From positions 18,290,001-18,354,000 of the forward strand of contig JBHGNT010000007.1 of assembly GCA_043228905.1 (NCBI GenBank): a stretch of 64,000 bases of DNA, in the 5' to 3' direction. Below the pieces are notes generated by a model that saw nothing but the letters and a program-made list of their open reading frames with translations, was not told where the DNA came from and searched no databases. Source of the DNA: Azolla caroliniana. Taxonomy: Eukaryota; Plantae; Polypodiophyta. The translations under genes and the position numbers were made by a program. Below are positions 35,201 through 47,200 of the stretch, in pieces (position 1 is the first letter of the stretch; each line of letters starts with the position of its first letter).

Positions 35201-38200
35201 TGAAGAGGAGCAAAGCAATGATGGTCTGTGATATAATTGGATCTGAATAGGAGTACCTCCAATAGTTATCAAGGTACCAAAATTTTCAGTATATTGTATC
35301 CAATAGATTTAGGAGTATGATTACCTGCATTATGAAGAGTGAAGCATTAGTGCCCCATAATATATAATCCAGGCTGAGATGAAAGTAGCCCCAATAGTGA
35401 TTGAGGCACTATTCTGATGAGTGAACTTCATCAAATGGATCTAGGAGCCCTCAAAGAAAATATATTCAAGATTTTCTATTATGTCCTCAAAACAAGTAGT
35501 AGAACTTGGAGATGGTATGGAGAAATGCATGAATGGTTCCAATTAAATGCCATAAATATAATGAAACTTGAGAGGGCGTGTTGAGAATCAAGCTCAAATC
35601 GTGTGAACATGTGCTTATGGAGAAAAGCAATGTGTGAAAGTGCATAAACGCACTTTACTATAATCTGTGTGAACTATAATGCATTGTTTTCCAAGTGAGT
35701 AAAACTCTCAAAACTGTGGAATTGGTTGAGATTAGTCTGATTTTCATATATAACTAATCATATAACTGTTGAATGGGTTCAATCATTTCATACATGCTAG
35801 GTTAGTTTTCTTTGATATGGTCTGAAACATAGTATATGTTGTACCTTTCACCTGTTTTCTATTGTAAGGAAACAATGTAATTTAAAAGAGTCCATGTTTT
35901 CCCTTTGTCAGCGGTGTAAAAGTTGTAAATCAGCTACTAGCTGGAGTGCATATAGCTGTTTCTGCTGAAGCTATGGTATTTGGTGCTCGATTAGGACTCA
36001 ACATGAAAACTTTGTATCAAATCATTCAAAATTCAGAGAGCAGTTCATGGTATATTTCTGTCTGACAATATGTTTTGTAGCTGTCAAGTTGTCTATAATT
36101 TCTGTAACTATTATGAAATTTCAGATTTATACTGATGTCCAAACTACATTGAAATTATCGCAGGATGTTTGGTAATCGTGTTCCACACATGCTCAATGCT
36201 GATTATACACCATACTCCGCTGTCAACATATTTGTCAAAGATCTTGTGAGTTGATCTTCAAAATCAAAGTAGAACTAAAAACTATGAATAAGAACTTATG
36301 GTGAAAGTCTTGCAGGGCATTGTTCTCAGTCAAGGAAAGTCCTGTGGAACATTTCTCCATCTTTCAGCTACAGCCCATCAGCAGTTTCTTTTAGGTAATT
36401 CAGCGTAGGTTATATTATGAGTTCTATTGTCTTGTTGTGTCTCTTAGGCTATTTTGGTCTTTTAAAGATATTAATACATCATTCTTTATTTCTTCTTCCT
36501 TTCTTGAAAGATATTTTGATTTCTTGTAGGCCATTTTGGCCTCTTAAAAGACGTTAATGTATTTTTCGTTCTTTCTTTCATAATCTGCTTTTTATTTACG
36601 GAAAACATAACCCACCATATATGTGCAGTTTGTTTGTCACTGGCTCTTTTCTTTCTTCCCCTACTGTTTTCTGCCTCTCCAAGGTATTTGAGGAGTCAAA
36701 TATCAAGGTGTATATTTGCTAAATGTAATCCTGAAGTAGATTGTAATGAGTTTGATTATATCAGCTTTTGGTCACATATAGCTTAACCATATTCTGTTCA
36801 CATAAAAATGGTTTTCCTCTAATCCTCATCTTTCTTTGATACATTTTCTGCTTCTAGCATGATATATATGTGTGGTTGTATCTTCCCATATGTAGTTTTG
36901 TTGAGCAAATTAATATTTTTTGTTCTAAGACCATTTATTTCAAATCAGCTGCTGCAGCTGGCTGTGCATATGAAGATGACTCTGCTGTTGTAAAGGTAGG
37001 TTCTATACAGTCAGAAAAAGAAATTATTATGGGAAGTATGATTTATATTATTGTGTCTAAATGTAGCTTTTGATCCTTCTTCTTTCGTGGAGATATATGA
37101 GAAATTAGCAGGCATTTCTGTGGCTGCTTTAGATGTAAAACCATCTTCAAATCCCAATCTTGTTCCAAACGCATCAAAGGATTCTAAAGCTGAAGTGGCA
37201 TCCAAAACTCACCTTTTAGGAAGTCTTATTCCTGAATGGACTGAAGATCCAATGAAAGAATTTACTGAGCTGGAACACAGTGGGAAAGCTAAAGTTCTTG
37301 TAGTGCTTGATGATGATCCAACTGGCACACAGACTGTACATGGGGTGAATGTGTTAACTGAATGGTAATTGGTAATATTCATGAGCACAACCATTCTCTA
37401 GACTCCTGAAAATGGGAGAATCAACTATGAATTAAAATATTTTATTCTCTTGATTTTCTTCTTAGATATTAAAATTATATTAAATTTTACAGGGATGTTG
37501 ATTCAATCAGGGAGGAATTCCAGAAGCAGCCAACATGCTTTTTCATCTTGACAAATTCTCGAGCCTTGAATAGCGAGAAGGTAAGTAGTGGATGAAGGAC
37601 CTGACTACCGTGTGACTAATTTCCTCACCTAAGAAGTTTCACCCATTTACAGGCATTTGGTCTCATACAAACAATAGTGACTAATGTCAATGCAGCTGCA
37701 GCCTATACAGAAAGTTCGTATACCATTGTCCTAAGAGGCGATTCAACTCTTCGTGGACACTTTCCAGAGGTCTAGAACATATTTTCAGCTCATGTTAACA
37801 CACAGAAATCCCAGGAATTAGAGCAGCCAAACATCTCTTTTTATATGGCAGGAACCAGATGCAATAACATCTGTTCTCGGTGACATGGATGTATGGATCA
37901 TATGCCCATTCTTCCCACAGGGTGGTCGCTATACAATAAACGATATTCATTATGTCGCCGATGAAGACAAGTAAAGTACTTGATAATGTGCAACTAATAG
38001 CGTGTAACTTATACAGGTTTCTTCATGATATCTTACTAATTCTCTATTTATCTACTTAATTATTTGTTAGACTTGTCCCAGCAGGGGAAACAGAGTTTGC
38101 TAAAGATGCTGTGTTTGGATATAAGTCATCAAATCTCAGAGATGTAATAACCTCTTCAGAAATTTAGATAAGCTGAATATCACAACCAATCATTATTTGA

Positions 38201-41200
38201 ATTTGGCAATTTTTACTGCAGTGGGTTGAAGAGAAAACAATGGGCCGCGTAAAAACATCTGATGTGGGCTCAGTATCAATTGAAATGCTACGCAAAGGTG
38301 GTCCACGTGCAGTTTGTGAATACATTTGTAGTTTGCCAAAGGTAATCAACATAGGAGAACTGTAAAATTAGAGAAAAATGAATTCTCGTGACTGCAGCCT
38401 ATATATTGAAGCTTGGAAAGGAAACAAGTAATTAAGTTTCGAATTCTGATTTATATCAGGATAAAAAGGTCACAGTATAGATTGTGTTGATGGTATTACG
38501 TATTCCACTAAACTCCATAGGAGTACATTTGAATGAACCTTAACCATTGTTATTTTTCCAGAGAAATCACACCAAAATGCTTCCATGGAGAGTTTTCTCC
38601 TACCTTAGCTTTAACATTGGAGACTAAGAATAATTTGTGAACCAAGATAATGGTGGAATGCCATCGCAAATTGATCCTCTCATTCTTTATTCTCTTAGTT
38701 TTTAGTATCACGAGGGACCACCTTGAGCATGGACAACTCCTCCCTTTATACACTTGCAGGCTCTAGTATCAAGTTCTCATTAAGACCACCATAGTGGATT
38801 CAAAGTCTATGATTCCCCTTTTCTGGTTCTCAATGCAAATTCATGATAGGAAAAATGTTACAGCGTATAACTAAATGTGAGTGTCCTTGGTATCAATATA
38901 CGTGACGTTGTAGTATGTACTCTGCCTCCATGCATTGTGAGTGGGGAATTACATGATAAACTTCCAATCTTTCGACACAGGAGGAAATCTCCTCTTACGA
39001 TAAACGGATACAATGCTACATAGCAGGTGATACCCAATGTGTCATGTACAACCTCTCAAAACTGTAATATAACTGTAGCTGTAGCAATATTAAATATCTT
39101 CTTTTGAGATGTCGTACAAAACAAATATTTTCATTTTGCAATATTTTACCAAGAACTTGAGATTTTATTCCCATATCCCACTTTAATCATACTCATAGAA
39201 AGATTTTTAGTTTTAATTATAGTTGTAAATATTGTGTTCAACAGCAATGTCTCTCCATTTGTGCATTAGCAAGTTAATACATCTTCTTTACATGATATAA
39301 TTGATAACTAATCTTCTGTCCAATTCTGTGCTATTTGCAGGGTTCAATCTGCATTGTGAATTCAGCCAGTGAAAGAGATATTTCTGTGTTTTCTTCTGGA
39401 ATGCTTTTGGTATGAATATTTCATCAGTAAAAAAATGTAGGTGTTGAATATGTAATTATGTCATATCACCATCTTTTATGTGAATTTGCAGGCTGAACTA
39501 GAAGGAAAGAGCTTTTTATGTCGCACTGCTGCTACTTTTGTCTCGGCTAGGATTGGAATAAAATATAAGCCCCCTATTACACCCAAGGATTTTGGGATCT
39601 CGAAATCAGATACTGGAGGGCTGATAGTCGTGGGTTCTTATGTTCCAAAGTCAACAAAACAGGTCAAAGATCTTTCTACAGATTTTGATGTCTACTCTGA
39701 GAAATGCTCAATTTTAGTTCCCAGGTTATTTTGATCTTGATGCGTTTGAGCAAGTTTTTCCTAAGCTAATATTATTGTATATGTTTACGAGACATAATCA
39801 TGTGCTTGCCAAGCGCACATATTGTTGCGGTTTTTCTATCCCTTTTGGCAAAATTTGTCAATATGATTTAACCTGCCAATCAGGCAGTTTACCAATCTGT
39901 GTGGAAATGTGGATTGAAGTGGCTATTTTTTCTCACGAAGGTGGAGGAGTTGAAGGCACGCTGTTCCCATTTTATTCATTCACTTACGGTGTGTATTTTA
40001 TGTATACTTCTTTATTCAACATAGACATGTCACATAGACTTCTGAGATTTGTAAATGATATGGAATCAGGTTCATGTTCCTGTTTTTGCTACTGGCTCAC
40101 CTACGTCATGTGAAGAAGAAATAAAACAGATTGTTACTGCAGCAGATGCATTGCTTGCTGCAGGAAAGGATACTGTTATCGTCACAAGTAGGGATCTTGT
40201 TACTGGTAAAGGTGAGCAATTTGGATATTACTCTATCATATTTCATTACATATGGATGAAGAAGATCCATATATGATATCACTTCCTTTAACTTCCTTCT
40301 CTATTGCAACAGGTAACTTGGAAAATCTAGAAATAAATAGCAAAGTGAGTTTGGCACTTGTTGAGATTGTCAAGCGGATAAAAGTACAACCACGATATTT
40401 ACTTGCAAAGGTTGGTGTTGATATCATTCATTATTTACAAATAAATGCCCATTCTATGTATAGAATTACTGGCACAACTTACTCTTATGTACTAGAGGAT
40501 TTCATTGTCTCAAAATAGATGGGAGGAGAAAAAAAGAAAGTCACATCAATGCCTTTTAAGTGTTAATAAGGCCTATGAGACGAAACCAGAGATTACATCT
40601 TAAAATATTGTCACATCATTGAGAACAACGAATCATAATCTTGTAAATACAATTCCAACAGATGACTGATCTAAGAAATAAAATATAAACAATGGCTGTA
40701 TCTATATTTAATTATATACCATTGGAAAAAGGAATAATATGAAATGCATAGGATCTGACTACATGATTTCAAATTTCCATTTTATAGACATTCATTTTAT
40801 AAGCTTCACATGGATGTATCTTTTGGTCTGATAGGTTGGTTTGGCCTATTAAAGACGTGAATATAACGTGTCTATAGCACAAACTTTTCTTTTTACTTAA
40901 TTCAAGTCCTTAGCCAACACCAATAAATGGTTTATAGAAACTCAGTATCTCATATTTTTACTTTCTTTGAGGAGATAGTTTTGGTTTAAATGCAATCTAC
41001 ATTCCTGTCGCTCATTAATATACCCTATCTCCTTTGTCATTAAATAATTGAGTTTCATGATACTCATCATCATGCCACTGTGGAGCATTGTTTCTATAGC
41101 CTTCAAATATTAGCATGTTGTGTTAAGGGAACGTACAAATAGCTCTAAAGTGAAGTAGTTCAGGAAGCTGAGATGCAAGTATATATCTGTGGAGAAGGCT

Positions 41201-44200
41201 TCATCTCTATAACACCATGATAAATTGTGTATCAATAAATATTTACACTGTATGGGTTAAATAGATGGTGGTTTGAATGGTTTGGTTCACCATGCAAAGG
41301 GATAATTTGGATGGATATTCATGGCATAGACATATCTCAATGGAAGGCCATTATTGTATTGAATTCTAATATATTCCTCTGAAATCACGTAGTTGTTGTC
41401 TTGGTTAATGTTTTAATTCAAAGGAAGCTGCTTTTTGTGAGTATCAATGATTGCTACAAGATTTTGTTTTTAAGTTACTATGGAAGTTGCCTTAGGTAGG
41501 AGGAAAGAAAGATATATTAAAGTCTTTGAAAGACCAAACTGGCCTATCAGACTGAATGAGAGATTACATTTTAAACTGCTGCCTCGTCTTGGAAAACAAC
41601 AAACCAAAAATAAATAAAGTGAAATAGCAGAACTGCCTAAGGTAGCAGAAAATATCATTAGCTAAATATTATGAATTTGGATGAATTTTTCATCCAAAAC
41701 ATTTCCAACATAGACCAATCAAAGATGGAGAAGTGTCTGAAGTGAGGAAAGAACCTTCTGTGTTGGGTGATGATGGCCTTCATCTGTTGATTACAAGGAT
41801 GAGGGGATACTGATCTAGATGGAGGTTAACGTGCATGAAAAATTACTATTGCCCGATATATTGTAACCCTTTTTGAGCATTGTGGTCAAGATCATATTTG
41901 GGTAGCCTCACTTTCGACTTCATTGGGCATATCCAGGTATGCTGCGAATAATCATCAATGAAGGTAACGAAGCACCTACACCACCAATTGTCTCGTTTTG
42001 AGGTGGGCCCCACACATCTGAGTGGATGACGTCCAACAGGCCTTTATTAACATACCTTTTGCTTGGGAATGAATGCCTATGTTGCTTGCCTAGCTGTCAC
42101 GCTTCACATATATTATCAGGATTTTTCAAAGTAAATCGTGGCAATCTGTGCACAGCTCCTTTTGTTTGAATTGATCGGAGTATACCGAGGTTTACATGGC
42201 CAATCCTTTTGAGCCACAACTCGATATCAGACTCAGCCTTGAGTTCCTTTGCATAAATGGCTGTGTTCACCTCAGTCGTATCAATGATAAACATGCGACC
42301 TTTTCTTCTTGCATGAACCCTAAACTGGCCCTTATCCTCGAAGAAGGTTGAATCGTACTTGCATTCCTTGCTCGATGTTGGGACATGCAATACGTCCTTC
42401 ATGTAGCCCTTGCTATCATGATTGTTAAAGGCCACATCTCCGATGTGCTCAATCGTGTGTGGAGTCATCACCAATCTCCACCACGCCGGGGGGTCTCTTG
42501 GGTTCCCCCAAATTCATGAACCATTCTTGATGACTTGTCGTGTGATTTGAGGCACCTGAGTCCACGAACCAGACATCATCAGGTTGGGAAGTGCTTGTTA
42601 TCATGTTATTCGCCCGGTGTCGCATAACAAACATCGGCCCTTTGCTATCTAGGCCACCTATCATAGCATAGTTTGTTTGCTGCTGGGGCTAGGCAGTGGA
42701 GTCATTGTTCTTCTGACCTTCTGCTTCAAATTGGCCAGGATTTCCACAATACCAACACTCGGTTTGCTAGTTTTGTCGGGTTGATTCAAGCTGGTGGAAG
42801 CTCCCCCTTCTGCCGGAATTTCCTCGGCTGCTTCACCTTGTTGCTGCCTGGAATTAAACTGTTGTGGACCTCGTCCACCTCTTCCTTGGCCATTCCTCCC
42901 TGATTTCCACGACCATGACTGTGACCTCGACTGAGATCATCCTATGTATATTGCATCTGCCCATCAGATGTCATTCTTTTCGACCATGTATGGTTCTCCT
43001 CGACCATTGGCATGGAGTGCAAGTTGAAAAAGCTCGGGTAGTTCTCCCTTGTTGTGATTGCAGTTTGAAATGCACCATACTTTTGTTCGAGGCTGCCAAG
43101 GCAGATATGCACCATCTCATCATCATCGAATGCGACATTGATGCAGCCGAGTGAATCACATAAGTCTTTGATCTGGAGGGTATAGTCGGTCACGGACATA
43201 TCCCTCTGTTGAATATTGTTTAACTCCTGCCAGAGTTGAAGTGTTCTGGCTGTGGTTGAAGCCCCGAAAATCTTCTTCAAGTTTTGCCACGCTTCCTTTG
43301 GGCTTTTGCAGCCCGAATATAGCTTAACATGTGATCTTGCACACATGTTGCCAAGCAGTACATTACCCTATTGTTGCCTTGCTGCCATTTGGGGGTAGTT
43401 GGGGTTTATAAGATCAGGGGCTGTTTCTTGAGCTCCCTCGATATAACTCCAATACCCCTGCCCGACTAGGTACTGATGCATCTTGTACTCCCAAGATGCG
43501 TAGTTGTACCTGTCCAACTTCTCAAAAATGAGACAACACTTAAGATGTAATCTCTTGTTTGGTCTTATAGGCCATTTTGGCCTCTTAAAAGACATTAATC
43601 TATCTTTCTTTTCTTTCTGTTGGAAGTGCACTACTCATCTGTGCATTCATCTTTCTGATTTGGCTTGATTTGTATGCTCCTCTTAACGTGAACCTCTTGT
43701 CGTGCAACACTATAACGATGATAGCTGGTTTGAAACAGCGTCTCTAACTGCTCACACAGTTTCAATGGTAGAGCTCGGTGAAGGATCTCTAATCCTCACA
43801 CTTTGATACCATGTAAAGAATCTAACTCTCGTAGAGTTGAGTATGCGGGAGCGTAGTGCGTGTGAGCAAGAGAAGGAATTAGAGAGAATAACCAGAAAAT
43901 AAGAAAATACACAGTAGGGGGATTACAGCTTGTGCACTGAAGGAAGGAAGAAAGAAAGATATATTAACGTCTTTTAAGAGGCCAAAATGGCCTATAAGAC
44001 CAAACAAGAGATTACATCTTAAGTGTTGGGCTTTTTGGCATACCAACAATGATTATGTCGATGTTCAGCCAAATATTTTGACGACATCAAGTGCTAGCAT
44101 TGAATGCCTTTTGTTTTAGAGCTTCCAAATCCATTGTACATCAATCACTGATGGGAATCGTGCGTTGGTCACTATTGAGGCTGCTCCTATCTCTTTTTAA

Positions 44201-47200
44201 ATTGTGTCATGTGGGTAAATAATTGACACTAAAGCTCATGAAATGTGTCCAGATTTGTCCCAAGTTCCCATAGTTAGAAATGAGGCCATGTGAATGTTAC
44301 TCCCAAGGTATGTGTAGGATTGTGTATAGATCACCAATACCAGAATCCCGACAATCATGATATTAACTTCTGTTAAGAGGCCAATGTGTCCTATAAGACC
44401 AAAACAAGAGGTTCCATCTTACAATGTTTTCTCGTCTTTGAAAACAACAAACTAAAATAAATATAAGTAAACATCCGGTACTAAAGGATATATATAATCT
44501 AAGAATTCAAGATTCTAAACTTGGAGGACTAAAACTTTTACTTTGAAAATCTCCAACATGGGCAGCTCCAAGATGGAGAGATATCCAAAGTGAGGGAAAC
44601 TACTTGAAGCCTGTGTGATAATGGCCTTTATTTGTCATTTACAAGAGTGACAAGGCTGCTCCCAATGCCCGTGGCCCACATGCACAACACATTACTATTG
44701 GCTGATCTATTGTAACTCCTTCAAGTGTCCTGGTTGAGTATATACTTGTGTAGACCTTGATAGACTTACAGCATAAGGAGAGATGTGGCTAAAGAAAGTT
44801 GTGATTGTCCTCTGTTGATGAGCTATTATGGTATTGTTCTTCAACAAATTCTCTCTATGTCCTGTGAGTTCTACTAAGAACGGTCCAAGCACCTTTGTTC
44901 TTTGTATTCTGGGATCTTGCATAGTGGGCTAAATCCTTGTCTGAAGAGGCAGTGGTATTTCCGTCTTATCTTGAGAAACATTACAGTGAAAACATAGTTC
45001 TTCCAATTACACCTCCTGATGGCGCACTTGACACATCTGTTCTCCCATAGTTCGTGTTCATATATTCCTATCTCAATTTCTAACTCATGTGAAGAGTTTC
45101 TGAGCTACACTATCACACTATGGTGATACAGTCATACCAGCGTTAATACACCAGATGCCATCAGAACTCTGCAGTAAGAGTGTGTGTGGGTCAGAGCAGT
45201 ATCTGGATGGGTGACCTCCTGGGAAGTCCTTGTGTTGCATCCTTTTCGACCTCCCCAAATGTTTTTCCAAAGGTCAAAATTGGCTTCCTTGTTAATTTTA
45301 AAAATTCGATTCTAATCTATTAAATATGTATCATTATATGGCCTGATAATAAATCCTTCCGTTGACATGTGTGAAATGAGTGCCTTGTAAGTGAGCCATC
45401 TTCCTGCAAAGAATTCTTTCATTTTCCAGTTGAATGATATCAGTGCATTTAGACTTACGCCATGCAACTTGGACCATTCTTGCAGTTCAGCATACCAACA
45501 ACCTTTTTTTATCACGTACTGAGTAGCTTAGCTTAGGGAGCTCCTGAATCAGTTCGATATTGGTCACTGATCTGAATAATGCCTGAGTCACTATTGGGAC
45601 AACTTAAGATTCTAAACGTAGATGGAATGGAAGTTTGTGTTTGGAAAATCTCCAACATGGGTTCCATGTTTGAAGAGGCAGTGGTTTCTCCTCCTTATTT
45701 CATAAAAAGCAGGAGAATGGCAGACATAGTGTTCTTCTGATTCCAAACGCCCGAGGGCAGGATTGGTAGAAGAATGAAACAAAGATATGTTGACTTTTTT
45801 TAAGAGGTCAAATGGCCTATTTGGCCAAACAAGATACTACGTTGTAAAATGTTGTCCCGTTTTTGCAAACAACAAACCAAAATAAATTTAAATGACTAGA
45901 GTACCAAGGAATGTAGTTATCAAACAAATTTAAGATTCTGAACTTAGACTGAATTATTTCTGTTTGTCATTTTTGTCAGGGTGGAATAACATCTTCAGAC
46001 TTGGCAACAAAAGCCATGGGTGCACGTCGTGCTGAAGTAGTTGGACAAGCATTACCTGGCATCCCTATTTGGAAGCTTGGTGAAGGAAGCAGACATCCTG
46101 GGATACCATATATTGTGTTTCCAGGTGAGTCTATTCAATTGTTTATGGTTACTTTACTGCTAACCCAGAACCCATAGAGGGCAGTATTGGGCAGTACCTA
46201 TGTATGAATCATGGTTAGTGAGACGCTACGATTCATGATCCTACCAACATGCATGTGCGCCTATTTATTCTTCAATTTTGTTTGCATGGTGCTTCAAATA
46301 GCTCCTTTTAGAATCTCTTTTCTAGATTTATATTATATGTATTTTTATCCGTATTTTTCATGTACACTGCATTCAATTAGACTCTAGTGCTTTTCTTTTC
46401 TAATAAAAAGAAGCATGTTATTGATGTCCACAAATTTTCTTTACAACATAGCTGCTTTATTTTCAGTTTCAGTCAGTTCTCTAGTACTAACCCAATATGC
46501 ATGCTCTTTGAATCAGGTTGCATGTTGCTCCTGTATGTGCATCATTGATGTGTAGAGAACAAAAAATAACGTGCCCCAGCACCAAGGTGTTACTATTGTG
46601 CACATAATGCAAAGCCATAAGGCCCTGCAGAAATGTGGGCTGCTGAGAATGTAGCTATTACTATATTAACATTTTATGCATCTGCACCAGGATCCTATGA
46701 TAATAGACCAAAAGAGAGCCCCATTATATGCAACCAACCCAAAACATTGCAGGAAATTATGTGAAAAGAAAGTATAAGAACTCAAACAAATACAGCAAGA
46801 AAGGGAGATATGTTAACGTCTTGTAAGAGACCAAAATGGCTTATAAGACCAAACAAGAGATTACATCTTAAGTGTTGTCTCATCTTTGAGAACAAGAAAT
46901 CAAAATAAAATAAATATGACAAGACTAATAAGCTTCTGGCAAGTCTACTATACCCAACCTCGTAACATCGGTGTAAAAAATTCAATTGTGCTAATGATGC
47001 AAGTGGAAGAACTTGTACTCTGTCACAGCTTAAGCTGTCCGACAACCTTTAAATCAAAGTTTGGGAATATGATCTAACTTGAAATGTAGTACAGTTTGCT
47101 AGTTCAAAAAGACTCGTTTCTTGCTGTGACTTTGATCTCGATTTTTCTTGTTAGGAAATGTTGGGAGCACTACTGCACTTGCTGAAATTGTGACAACCTG

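Noticed and set aside
39883-39919. Alternative exon 31 candidate (cag|gcagtttacc...)
   Set aside because: No suitable GT donor and no similarity to the expected peptide; 39941-39988 (VEELKARCSHFIHSLT) fits phase and family.
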